The notes under the pieces are model-generated. The model searched no databases. It was not told the DNA's origin and was given only the letters and a program-made list of their open reading frames with translations. A stretch of 64,000 bases of DNA. Source: Tubiluchus corallicola. Its lineage: Eukaryota > Animalia > Priapulida. The position numbers were made by a program, and so were the translations under genes. This document shows, piece after piece, positions 27,201-39,500 of the stretch (positions are counted from its first letter, which is position 1; every line of letters starts with the position of its first letter). The stretch is taken from contig JAQGDQ010001073.1 in NCBI GenBank assembly GCA_030141605.1, positions 1 to 64,000 of the forward strand. The letters run 5' to 3'.

Positions 27201-29094
27201 GCTGGCAAACAGTCACTGCACGGTTTTGGGACAAACTCTACGACATGGTGTAACAACGCCAATTTCAATCCAATCCTATTTGGCTGTCGTCAGCTAACTG
27301 GTGTCAGAAGTGGGATGAAGTTGATAAAGCTTGGCAATCAATGTTAGCAGTTACATCAATAAAATTAACAGCAATAACAAGACGATCCTGTGACTGTTAA
27401 CGGCTAATTTATACTGAAGCCAAGTATTCAGTGCAAGTTTACCCATACGTGAAAAAGATCGACATGGCTTCCTCCTAATAGTTCTGATGTTACAAATCTA
27501 CTTTCCACTAAACAGTTTGCAATTTTCTGAACATGTGATCCACATCAAATAGTACGCATTAAAGGAAATAAACGGCAATATTTTCCTCAAACTTTTCTTT
27601 GCGTAATATCTCACTCAACTTTAAAACGATTTATTACATTTTCTGCACATTTTATTTATTTATTTTTTTGTGAAATGACGGACTTAGCAAAAAATTTCTG
27701 CGAAATGGCAATTCTAGGAAAAATCTGTTCTGTGAAGATTTTTTTCTCGGAAGCAGATTTTTCTGACAAAAAACTTTTCTGTGAATATTTTCCCACAAAA
27801 ATTTCTATGACCAAAAAACGTTTCTAAGATAAGGCTCTTCTGGGAAATGAGTTTAACCCACTGAATATTATTGTACCAAGAGAGGTGTTCGTCTGCAGTA
27901 AAGTCTAAGAAAGAAAATGATAATAATTCTACAACCTCGATTACACTCGCGTACGTTTAAAGTACAAAGTGAAATGTTTCTGCCACGCTGACTGCTACTG
28001 AAGTTTTAGTTTTCAACATTCAGCCAAATTTGGGATCATTAATTGGGATCATTTTTAATTCATTATTAAATCCAACAGAAGGATATATTAGCTAGCACCA
28101 AGGGGTTATTAAGTATAAATTACAACCATTTAAGCAATGTGTGAACAAACATGAACTGATAAGTTTAACAGCCATTTGTGAAAACCCGAAGTGATGTTTT
28201 TGTAGTCTTTGTATCTTTACAGAAACATGATGCTCATTGTAGTATCTAGGCCCGCTCCCGCTGCCACTCCCACTCCCACTCCCACTCCCGCTCCCACTCC
28301 CAGACGTTTTAGAGTTCCACTATTTCTGTTTGTCTGTTTATCTTACCTTCATTTGAAACGTAAAAACACGGATTTTTGTAGTTGTCTAAGTAGCGAATTC
28401 CTGCCTGTAGAAAAATAAGCTGATTTAAACCAATTATTAAAATTGAAAAAGCTAAAACAAATCATTTGTCAAAACAAAATACAAACGCTATCCTGTGATT
28501 CCTGTGAAACTCTCCTGTGATTCCTATCCACAACTATGTACAAACGCTATCCTGTGATTCCTGTGAAACTCTCCTGTGATTCCTATCCACAACTATGTGC
28601 AAATGATAGAGGCATAAATGTTCTCTTTAAATATAGTGATGTAATACAAAAAATCGTAGGCGCCATCCGAGGTATGATTTTAGAATTTTTTAGTTAAATT
28701 TACTTTAAGACAGCAACAAGGACAAATGACATTTCTGTGCATAAAAATTTGGAAATATGCATGATTATTGATAAAGAAGTTATTAAAGTAAATATTAGAA
28801 ACTGCATTGTTGACAAAGAGTGCTAATATTTGTATCACTTACATTAGAGCATCTTAGTGCTCTGTTCATAGTATCTGGAATTAGCTGCCTTGATATAGAA
28901 TAAAGTTCAGATTGCGTCACGATGCTTTTGTTTCCAAGATGTCCCGATTCTCTGCAGCCTTCACGAGGTGATACGTGGACATTTTCACTTCTGCCATCAT
29001 CGAAGAACAACGCACGTGTAATAATACTCAAGATGGAAAACGCAGCGAAGATTATGAAAACAAAAGAGGATGTTCTATGCGAACACTTAAGCAT
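15248..29094 (-). CDS. CHST15: Carbohydrate sulfotransferase 15-like (GalNAc4S-6ST family), type II Golgi membrane protein
   Basis: Eight phase-consistent GT-AG exons: 28843-29094, 28347-28404, 26711-26872, 24537-24644, 22177-22303, 19155-19323, 16702-16855, 15248-15396. Features: N-terminal TM helix, YKNPCF, 5'-PSB loop CLPYVYLIGAQKSGTTS, KEVHWW, 3'-PB LIVTLRNPTDRLISWY, VFPRDQILILRFED, and C-terminal LLDDFYSSFNKDLAELLGDEMWLWK*. Confidence 0.85.
15994..16580 (-). mobile_element. Degenerate Tc1/mariner-type transposase C-terminal relic in an intron
   Basis: Broken frames give FLYTKGVMS (cf. FLHDKAP), SGNSLDF (cf. WPGNSPDL) and NI..VVKGRV...YSKEKL..HLQDVLEDL. Confidence 0.45.
18646..18899 (+). 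mobile_element. Possible solo LTR
   Basis: GC-richer island bounded by TGTTAC...GTTACA, with an internal TATAAAA and a T-rich U5-like tail. No TSD seen. Confidence 0.35.
20367..21280 (+). mobile_element. Degenerate CR1-group LINE 3' fragment
   Basis: HKHL...LTSDLNWNYHV, LENIQQSAARICSGA, RLCLFFKIINDLVPHYL, SFFISAINMWNNLP, HARMRIGFSQL; contains stops and frameshifts. Confidence 0.85.
23180..23378. repeat. Diverged dispersed repeat, related to 2335-2535 in reverse orientation
   Basis: ATATTTGACAGAATTTTTGGTGCAATCTACTTTGAAGCA...TGCAAGCACAC matches the reverse complement of 2341-2435. Confidence 0.7.
24677..24927. repeat. Dispersed repeat; inverted copy at ~40591-40855
   Basis: GACAGGATTATTTTTCA...TACTACCCCATTTTCAAATCCGATAAA...AAAAATATTCCACG is shared in opposite orientation. 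Confidence 0.75.
28480..28598 (+). repeat. ~59-bp tandem duplication
   Basis: TACAAACGCTATCCTGTGATTCCTGTGAAACTCTCCTGTGATTCCTATCCACAACTATG x2. Confidence 0.85.
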
Positions 29095-29769
29095 CGCTAT
29101 TCATATGATTTTACAGTCTAAAACACACAGATTTGCTTTATTTTTGATAAACTCCGAAAGCCCGAAGGAAACACAGTAATGTGGAGAATAATTGTAGGAT
29201 TATTCCAGGAACACAACATAATCATTTCATCATTGATTTAGCTCCTATGAATGGATACCTGCAATCAGTATTAACAGGTACATTGATTTATTCTAAAATA
29301 GATGATAAACAAGTGTTCTTAGCAAGACACGATAAACGTTCTATCAATCTCAGTCACAATGTTAGTCTTAGTCTTAGTCTTAGTCTCATGATTGTACATA
29401 GCGTGTTCCGTTTCGGTTTTTGTTCACTGATATTATAGCTGTAAACACTAAAGTGTGCAGTAACTTAAATCTACAGAGCGTAGAGAATTTTACCTGTTTT
29501 TTTGCCACTTAACCTTATTTTAACTGAGTTCTACCTAATCTAGGTTATTGTCGGTAATGACCGCTTCATTAGGTTAAAGTCCGCAGTCTTTTTTCTTGAG
29601 GCAGAATGTCTGTTTAGGTCAAGTGGTAGGTCAAGGTAGAGCTAACGTATGTTGTCTGTTCAGTTTTCAGTTTATCTCAAAATATGTTGAAATATTAGCA
29701 TTGATTGAAATGAACTCAAAAATAAGCATGAAACTAAATGTAAAAAGTGTTGGCAGAATTTAATCACTG

Positions 29770-30150
29770 TGTGCTACCTTCTTATAAAAAAAATCTCCAA
29801 CAACATAATTGTGTAGTTGGTATCGTGAAAACAAATAAGATAATTTTATATAATTTTGCTCAATTTTACAGCGAAATCTAAACCAAATTGATCTTAACAA
29901 AGTTTTAGGCAAATTATAGTCTAATTAATCTAATCTTTTTAATAAACAAAGGTTCAAAATTTAGGAACTTAATAAGTCAACTTACTTCTATAAGTGTAAT
30001 TATGAAATTATAACAACAAATCAATGAATGACGCTAAACAATGTGTAACTGCTGTGTGTGAATGCCTGAGTGACTCCAATCTACAGGTAAGTGTACAGGT
30101 AAAAGACTGGTCACATGACCTGTTTAAAAGGAAACCAATTTATAACACTA
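29770..30150 (+). repeat. Second copy of the ~390-bp segment at 12335-12727
   Basis: Reverse-complement match. Confidence 0.9.
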
Positions 30151-30616
30151 AGAGTGGCTATACAAGTTTACATCAGCACACCGCCCCCTTAAATGCTCCC
30201 TTTTAGCATTTACATCATCCCCTTTAATTAACATTTTAAGTAATGTGTCAGTTACTAACAAAACTAATTATCATATACACTTTCTATCAGGCAGAGCTTG
30301 AAGATGGGTCTTCGTAGAAGTGCATGATGGTCTTGAGGGAGACACTTCAAACTAACCCATCATTGCTAACATGTCTTTCAATCACGCGCCCTAGCAGCCA
30401 GCAATTACGACCGATGGTAGTGATGATAGTGATGTTTTGATAGGTAGTGATAATGTCGCTTAGTAAGAATAATAAAAAATAACCGGAAAATACAATAAAA
30501 ATAAACATACATATTTTTAATATTGACAGCAATTTATTTTTTGTTACATGTTGACCAGCTAACAACTTAACATACATGAAAAACAGGCCTGTAGGCCTGT
30601 AATTAATTATTATATA

Positions 30617-30700
30617 CAGTGTTCCCTCACTTATTGTGAGTGTTCCGTTCCAAGCCCACCCGCAATAAGTGAATTACCGCGAAGTATGAACACTATACTT
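30617..30700 (+). mobile_element. Tigger/pogo-like DNA transposon terminus
   Basis: TA|CAGTGTTCCCTCACTTATT...GTTCCAAGCCCACCCGCAATAAGTGAATTACCGCGAAGTA is a typical Tigger-type end. Confidence 0.55.
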
Positions 30701-31194
30701 ATTTTAGTAGTTACACATTATTTCAATTTTTTGTAAAAACCCCACAGGTTTACGTTAGATCTAATAAAATCTAACGACGTATTATTCACTAAACCATATA
30801 GTCTGCCGTGCTTTATACTATTCCTAAGTTATATGGGGGTGGATGACTCGATGACCTCCTGGTCTCTCGCCACCCATCATAATTGTGCTACATACCCGCT
30901 ACACACTTTACATAATTTTTTGTTGTATTTGTGCTATAAATATTATATTAGAGATAAGTAAACCTTTTGGATTGAATTGAATTGACCTAAGGGAAAAAGT
31001 GACCAAAGCCAACTGCCCTTCCCCCATGACCAGTGGTCAGTGGTATTGCTGCCTATTTTATGCAAACGACTTATTTCATTAATTCACACGCTTTAAGGTG
31101 ATTTGTGATCGATTAATTGCCTGACTCCGAGAGCTTAGGTTAGATCGATAGGGCGACGATGATTTCCCACACTTCTTCGAACCTCGATCTATAT

Positions 31195-31819
31195 ATACCT
31201 CTGACAATGCTTTACCGCACGCTTCCGTCTCTTTTTTCATTTAGGTCCACACTCCGATTCACACTCTCGACAATTTTACAATTTTTGATCACTTCCGGGA
31301 GTTGGCGTCATTTTATTTTCTTTGTTTTTCTTTTTGCCCTCACATTTTGCATTTCGGGGTTTGAGTTTTTCTGATGAACAGGACTAATATTTTCAAATAC
31401 TTTCAAGCTAACTGATGCAATGTTACATCTCACTCGTGTCTCGTTATTGTAGAGAACCGCTGCAAGGCAGGTACTTTTTCCAGTTGGCTTTTCTGTAGGT
31501 TCCATTATTTTTATACCACATTCCTTTATTTCGTTCCATGTTACATATCTTACAGACTCTAAGTTGACTTCAGACTGTTCCATTAAGTAATGTTTATTGC
31601 AGTCTTGCTTGCAGATTGTTTCTGAGCCAATAGAACACATTTCATCCAAAACATCATCTGAGAATATTCCTGTGTTAATTTTAAACTCTCTTTGAAAACC
31701 GTCAACTGGACGAGCAAAATCGCAAACATCATTTCAAATGCCCAAGTTTCAATGGAAAACAGGAGAAAGTTTAGCAATATTATTGCATTAATGCATCTAA
31801 AGGTTAATAAAAACCTCAT
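31195..31819 (-). pseudogene. 3'-truncated copy of the secreted Cys-rich gene family
   Basis: ORFs 31583..31819 and 31308..31649 are nearly identical to 53708..53944 and 53313..53774. The upstream flank to 32970 is also duplicated (=~55081). Confidence 0.8.
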
Positions 31820-32970
31820 TGTTGTAACAGATGATTAAGAAGTTTCTCTAAATTAACTATAATATTCTCATTTATAAGCACTTTAGACTTTGGAATTACA
31901 AATTTAGTTTACTGTTTTCACTAAACAGTAGATTCAGAAATGTGGATTGTTTTCTTAATGGAATAAACAATGCTAAACACGATTGTTCTGTCTTCATTGT
32001 TTTCAAGAAGTTCCCAGGTTTGCTGCAATGAATAATCATACAGGTGGCCAATTTTGATCGAAATGCATTGGACAATGACGTGTTTGCTATGAATGCTCTG
32101 ATTATTTTTTCAAATTTCACTCAATGTTATCTAAAGTTGTTTCAAACGACTTATTGTTCTAACGTTTAGTTTAAATTTACATGTTTTTACAGTGTTACTG
32201 CCGACGCAATCCCAGTATCCAAAAAGGCAGTGTCCGAGCGGTGTAGATTTTCAAGACGAATTTTTAAAGTTTTGCTTAAGTGGCAGGATTTCTTGAATTT
32301 TAACTTAAAAGCTGCTGGTTGTCATTACGTTACTTACTGTAACGAATAAACACCATTAAAGTAGTAGCTGGCAAAAACTATGTATAATGTGCGTGAATTA
32401 ATGATTGGCAGTGGATGCGTCTAAGCGCATTTGTAATTTCACGCAATTTTGAACATGTGCAAAATCTTTTTTACAGCTAACTATATAAATAAATAATATA
32501 GTAAGTATAATGAACATAATAAATAAATAATAATTAAAAATAATATTATCTTGACATGCTATATGTCTTGAATACTATTTTTTGTAAATAGTAAAACTAA
32601 ACAAAATTGAATAATTAAGCAAAATTATAGAGAATGTACTAACAAAAAAACCAGTTTGTTATATATCATGTAGAATACAGTAGTTTACAAAATGAGAAAT
32701 TTAAACCAAAGTTACAGAAAAAGCTGGATAAAATTAATTGAGAAGTTACGTGAAAAAAAAACAGATTACTGTATGAAAGTGCAAAGGCTGAATACAGATG
32801 TATGAAAATAACCTACCGGCATAAATTCACACATGCATGCATGCGAGCGCACACACACACACACGTGCGTACTTATTAAACGCATGATGTCACGAAAAAT
32901 GGGCTTTACATCATATGACGTCATGAAACTAACAATGCAGTTCATGATCATGGTCATCACGGTACTGCCT

Positions 32971-34252
32971 AAAATGATATTAGCCTTTTTTAAAGCCATT
33001 TTGGGTAAATGTATATATGTTCTTAGTTGCCATGTTTTAAATACTGGTAATGGTTTCTCATAGTGTTAGTATAAGTAAATATAGCAAACTTTGTTTTAGC
33101 CAAAAAATAAACTACTAAAAAAATTTGAAAGCATGCCAAACCTACAAAAGTGCAGCATCGTTTAAGCATTAAACTACATTGATCTCAAAACTCTGACAGA
33201 AAAAAGAAACAATAGATGAAATGAAAAGTTAACTGTCAAATGTTAGGGAAATGACAGACAATGAAAGAAATCAGAGCATGCTCTTACACTATTGATTTTG
33301 TTGTGAACTCTGTTTATAATTTCATCACTGATATCTTATTATATGTACAGTAATTTGATAAACCAAACATTTTATATAATAGTCAGTAATTAATGATTTG
33401 GTTAGCTAATTAAAAGACATCTTATTTCAATGCTTTAGCCATTAGCTTAACCATTGATCACATTATCAATTAATATGAACTGGTTTATTAATTTACTAGG
33501 CATACCTAAGCATTTCAGTGTTTTTTTTTGTTCCATTTCATGTAATGACTAATCAAAATGGCTACATTAATGCAGTAGCAATTCTTCGTGTAACGTTTGG
33601 TAGAATAAAGATAATTACGAAAAACTGACAAATGTTGTTACTAGCTCGCAAGAAAAGTTACTCAAACGCCAATGTAACATTTTGCGACACAAATAAGGCT
33701 TCTCATGTGGATTTAGAGGATGAAATCTTACTTTCATGTTGGTGATAAAATGTTAATACATTCTGCAAAGAAACAAAATGTTATTAATAAAATTTCATGT
33801 TATTTGTAACCAATTCTCATGTTATTGATAAAATTTTATTTTATAAAAGCGTTCAATTTTAATTTATACTGTTTGTGACATATATTAGCATTTAAATTTT
33901 TCAGTCTGATAGAACAGTTGAACAAAATTGGCATTGAGCTTGAATTGAAACTAGGATCACTGAATTACTATTTTAACATCATAATGGCCCCTGTATAAAG
34001 CGAATGCTCAATCTACTCTTCTTCCTTTCACTTCCTGTTTGTAGCGGCTCGTGTATAGTACTGTGGAACTGCAGCACCCCCTATTATCGATAATATTCAA
34101 TATAAGTAATTTTTCTTTAGCTCCTACTTTACAATTGCACGGTCCAGACACTGTTTGCTTCACAACCTAGCAGAGTGTGCTCACAGCTTAAGGAACGTGG
34201 TGTTTCTCTGTTGTGCGCATGCTCATGCATAACATGATTGAGATATGATGGT
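32971..34252 (+). repeat. ~1.28-kb segmental duplication, copy 2
   Basis: Direct repeat of 8353-9636. Confidence 0.95.
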
Positions 34253-35118
34253 TCTCGAGACTTCTTAGCATCAGTGATTTGTCGTAGCAAAGGACGCAGT
34301 AGTATCACCACGCTGAGCTAAAGAATGTGTCTGCTTCCAGATCGTCTCGTAAAAAAACAACGGCAACTCACCACTCCTATCCTCACTCGTGTCTATGTGT
34401 GTGCGCGAACTCTGAACTTTCACTTAGCTTATAAAGCGAAAGCCATCAAGTCACGCATTGTGCAGAGGTCACAAAGGATTGCACCACCTCAGATAATTTA
34501 GTATACCAGAAGTCGCAACCCTACCTCCTTAGACAGTGAATACTGTTTGGTAGGCTAATTTAACAATCAGTAATGATTGGTACTGAACCTTAACAAAATA
34601 ACTTCCTGACTTGTTTATCAACAAATGGCCAGCGCCGGACACACTTTATGTCCGCTAATTGGCATGTAACTCTTTAACAAGCGGCGTCTTCTTTGAATCT
34701 TTCTCTTCCTTGTTCACTACCCTACATCATCTAAACTCATTAGATTCGAACTCTTGAACTCATTAAATTCAAGCTACAAGCTGGGTGAGTCACTTATAAT
34801 CAAATTGTATGGTTTTCAATATCAAACCCAAGGAGGAGTAGCTTTATCTCCGAAATCTGATTATTCAATGATTTCAATTAATTTCCGATTAATTCTATAT
34901 TTTAAATTTGATTCACAACAGTACACTTGCCGTACCATGTAACTCTCATTTTACAATGATGATAACGATTGGTGATTGTTGAATATCAAAAAGCACTACA
35001 TCGTACACTTGCCATACCTTGTAACTCTCTTTCTACAATGATGATGACGATTGCTGAAACTTTTTCCTTTTAATTTTTAATAGCTAAGAGAGCGTTTAAA
35101 CTCTTGACATGTGTAGAT

Positions 35119-35934
35119 CGGTCAAGAAGTACTGTCTTAAAAACACTGTCACTTGTAAACATGAATTCTACTTGTACCGGTCAAGAAGTACTGTCTTAAA
35201 AACACTGTCACTTGTAAACATGAATTCTACTTGTACCGGTCAAGAAGTACTGTCTTAAAAACACTGTCACTTGTAAACATGAATTCTACTTGTATTGGTC
35301 AAGAAGTACTGTCTTAAAAACACTGTCACTTGTAAACATGAATTCTACTTGTACCGGTCAAGAAGTACTGTCTTAAAAACACTGTCACTTGTAAACATGA
35401 ATTCTACTTGTACCGGTCAAGAAGTACTGTCTTAAAAACACTGTCACTTGTAAACATGAATTCTACTTGTACCGGTCAAGAAGTACTGTCTTAAAAACAC
35501 TGTCACTTGTAAACATGAATTCTACTTGTACCGGTCAAGAAGTACTGTCTTAAAAACACTGTCACTTGTAAACATGAATTCTACTTGTATCGGTCAAGAA
35601 GTACTGTCTTAAAAACACTGTCACTTGTAAACATGAATTCTACTTGTACCGGTCAAGAAGTACTGTCTTAAAAACACTGTCACTTGTAAACATGAATTCT
35701 ACTTGTACCGGTCAAGAAGTACTGTCTTAAAAACACTGTCACTTGTAAACATGAATTCTACTTGTACCGGTCAAGAAGTACTGTCTTAAAAACACTGTCA
35801 CTTGTAAACATGAATTCTACTTGTACCGGTCAAGAAGTACTGTCTTAAAAACACTGTCACTTGTAAACATGAATTCTACTTGTATCGGTCAAGAAGTACT
35901 GTCTGTCACTTGTAAACATGAAATCTACTTGTAC
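35119..35934 (+). repeat. 59-bp minisatellite, 13 full units plus one deleted unit
   Basis: CGGTCAAGAAGTACTGTCTTAAAAACACTGTCACTTGTAAACATGAATTCTACTTGTAC; units start every 59 bp from 35119 to 35886. Confidence 0.97.
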
Positions 35935-36099
35935 AACCCTAGGCGTGAATAGGCCATTTATCTCGCAAAATATTTGCAATTTATAACTCTGCTCTTAATA
36001 ATCGTGATTTATTTGCTTACGAGTTGTGCTGACTTACTGAAGGGGAAAACCACCTACCTGGCTGAGCGTATGTAGAAATTCGTCATATTGCAAAATTTT

Positions 36100-36413
36100 G
36101 TTATTATTTTCAGCAGTTAAGGTTTGTCATGCCATCTGATGTGTATAAATTCAGTTATTATTTTCAGCAATTAAAGTTTGTCCTGCCATCTGATGTGTAT
36201 AAAATCAGTTATTATTTTCAGCAGTCTAGGTTTTTTATGCCATCTGAAGTGCATAAAATCAGTTATTATTTTCAGCACACAATGATTGTCATGCCATCTG
36301 ATGTGAATAAAATCAGTTATTATTTTCAGCACACAAGGATTGTCATGCCATCTGATGTGTATCAAGGATTGTCATGCCCTCTGATGTGTATAAAATCAGT
36401 TATTTTTTTCAGC
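36100..36413 (+). repeat. ~54-bp degenerate minisatellite, ~6 copies
   Basis: GTTATTATTTTCAGCA...GTCATGCCATCTGATGTGTATAAAATCA recurs; it gives the 18-aa periodicity of the spurious ORF. Confidence 0.9.
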
Positions 36414-36598
36414 AATCATAAAAACTGCTTTGTAAAACATTTGCAAAGTTACAGATTTAAAGTCTACTTTTCAGAGCTTTACGATTTCTAGAGCTTTTGT
36501 ACAAAAATGAGTTTAACAAAAACCATTGAACAAGTTCTACTTGATTAAATATGCTTGACTTGTATACGAGAAAAAACTTCGTTATAGTTGTGTCACTT

Positions 36599-39500
36599 CT
36601 AAACAAGGAATATGTCAGAAGTGCAATCTCCGTTTGGATAGCGCATTTCATGAGCCAACACTGGACCATCTGGTTCTTTACCAAAGTCAACGAGGAAATC
36701 TTCGTTCAGTGTCATGCCGCCATTTTGTATGTCAATGTCTACTAGCATCATCACTGCACCATTCCTGCATAAAAACAGCGTGAAGGACACGTCAATGTAA
36801 TAATAGTAATTCAACTAAAGTCTTTTTTGTTACGGTGAAATGTAGTAGACAATTTCAGTAGGACATGGACACACGTAGCACAGACGCAGACACGCGCAGG
36901 TAACGCACGCATACGTTCAGAACAAAAGACATTTAGAGAAGCACCATTCTTCAAAATTATGGTGCTAATAACTAATTAACTGGAGAAGAAAATGGGCATT
37001 GAAAAGTTGCGAGAGAACTTACACAAACGTCTGGCGGAGCTTTTAAGTGCACAGAAAAGTATTATCCATAATAGTGTCGTGATATTTCATATCTAGTACT
37101 GTCTATGGCGTTTGTATTCAAAATGTCCGCTTGGAACCACTTGCACCAATCAAAAGTTTAACAAAGACCAATATAGTAAGAAGTTTTTAATTTGCTTTTG
37201 ATATTATTATATAACCTATGCTTAAAGAGGAAGTAAAAGGAATTTTAAAAGACTTTCCACAAAAATTTATATTATTAACATTACGCTTACTTGTTACCGT
37301 ATGCTAACATTAACATTACAAGACTTCAGTAACTGGAAAAAACTCCTTACTAATTTAAAATATTCAACCTAGCCACTGGGGGGGGGGGGGGAGGGGGGCA
37401 AGCCAGCCCAACTTAGTGCTGGTCCCAAGCCCGGATAAATAGGGAGGGTTAGGGTCAGGAAAGGCATCCGCCTGAAAAACTGCGCCAAAACCTTCTATGA
37501 ATGAGTCGGTGAGACTTAAAGGTAAAGTCCACAAAGATAGTGGTCAGACCCGCTGTAATCTATAAGCAGCTTCTCTAAAGAAGACCGAAGAGAAGAAAAT
37601 GGGTGTGTGGTGGAGATGAAGATGTTGAGATGGATCGTGGGAATAACAGGAAGAGATAAAATTAGAAATAATAATATCAGAGGAACGGTAAAAGTAGTGG
37701 AAGATTGCGATGGTATGGACACCTGAAAAGAAGAGTCGGTGAAGATCATGTGGGAAGGGAAGACATAAATGAAGAGATGGTCAACAACAGGAATGCGTGG
37801 AGAAGATTCACAACTATGACCCCACATAGGGAAAAGCTGGGAAGAAGAAGAAGACTAATTTAAAATATTCGCGCCACCTGGTAAAACGCCGCTGCGTTTC
37901 TATGGCAATTATCGAAAAAAACAAGTTGACCTCACTGTCAATATAAAGTAATTTGAACTTTTCCTCAACTAGTGAAGAGTGTGGTAAGTCAAGTTTTTAA
38001 AACTTTATTGACAATGAGTGTTTTATTGTGCTTTAATCCTTCATAAATGGAAGTTTAAAACCTGGTCAAGAGTATCAGTACCATCACAATTGTCATCTAA
38101 TCAAGTGTCATTTGTAAAGTGAAGGCGTTCAAGCAACTGACTGCAACTGTCTAAGGAGCATTAAATATAATAATGTTCATTGTGTAGCTTACTATAATTA
38201 TAATAAACCTATACTTACTTAACCAAGTCTGGATAAAATTGCTTATCCCATACAGAAAATAGTGACGTTGTGACATAAAGACGCTTGCCATCCAGGCTCA
38301 ACTGGAGCATCTGAGGACCTCCGTCAATTCGTCTTCCCTTTATTATTCTAGGTGGAGGCTGTAACTTTAATTCTTTATCCTCTATAACTTTTACTTTTCC
38401 ATCGTTCACAATACTTCCTCCTAGAAATATCTCCACAGGAAAAAAGGCAAGTTTAGTTGGCAGAGTCAACGCGGGTATAGATTTTACCGCTTATTTATGG
38501 AATTTCAAATTATATTTAATAACAATTAATTTTATAGAATTCCTCCGTTCAAGCCGTTTTTCAGTACCTAACTATCAATCCAGGATAATCTTAAATCTTT
38601 TAAGACAATAATGATAATAAGCTGGGCTAGCAGAGGTGACTAAGCAAAAGTTTAGATGTACAACCTGCCTCGCTGAGCGTCAGAAAAGAACGGAAACGGA
38701 ACCGTAGAATATTCCGTTTAGAAACCATTTTGGCGCTTGCTCATCTGCCTACTAACCTACTAAAGCGCTTAAAAGTAGCCACTAAACACTCATTATTAAT
38801 ATTAAGCCTTTTCTGGACACATTTCGTAATAAATATAAAATTGTCACCAATAGTCAAATACTAGGTTGTGAAAGGAGCAGTTTCACAATTACAAGATACA
38901 GTCGATTGTTTGCAAATCTGTAACAAAAATTCTCAGTCTATTTCAATCTAACAGTTCCTATTCCCAACAAATATGTTCAAGTATTAAATTAAGTTTAAGT
39001 TTTAAGATCCACGGAAATTAAGGTTTTTCCGCTTGTTCATTTAAATGCAATTAAAAAATTTAGTTTCATAATCTGATACCGTTCTGAAAGAGCCATACTG
39101 AAAAATTTATCCAAATGGAGACGATATTGAAAAAGTCAGAGTTCACAAAGAGGTAAATGTGACCTTGAACTTTGAAAATTTCTAATTTACAGCTATGTTA
39201 TTTGCAGCACAATTTATAGGAACTGTAGGTTAAATTACCTGAGCACAAAGTCTTGGATTGAATGGATCTTCAATGTTGTACTGACGAATGTCACCATGGA
39301 TCCAGTTACTAATATACAGGTATTTGTCATCCATTGACAAAATGATATCAGTCACTAGACCTGAAACACAAACGCAAATTGTAAAAATGAATAGTAAAAA
39401 AACGCATCAATGTCTACAGACATTTTAACTGAAACTATTCTGAGTTATTCGGAAACTCTGTTCTCTATACATTTTACAGCAGCACTGTAAACAACACAAT

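Noticed and set aside
27250-27306. Minus-strand CTGACGA...GAAA hammerhead-like core
   Set aside because: Stem II is mismatched and no stem I pairing was found.
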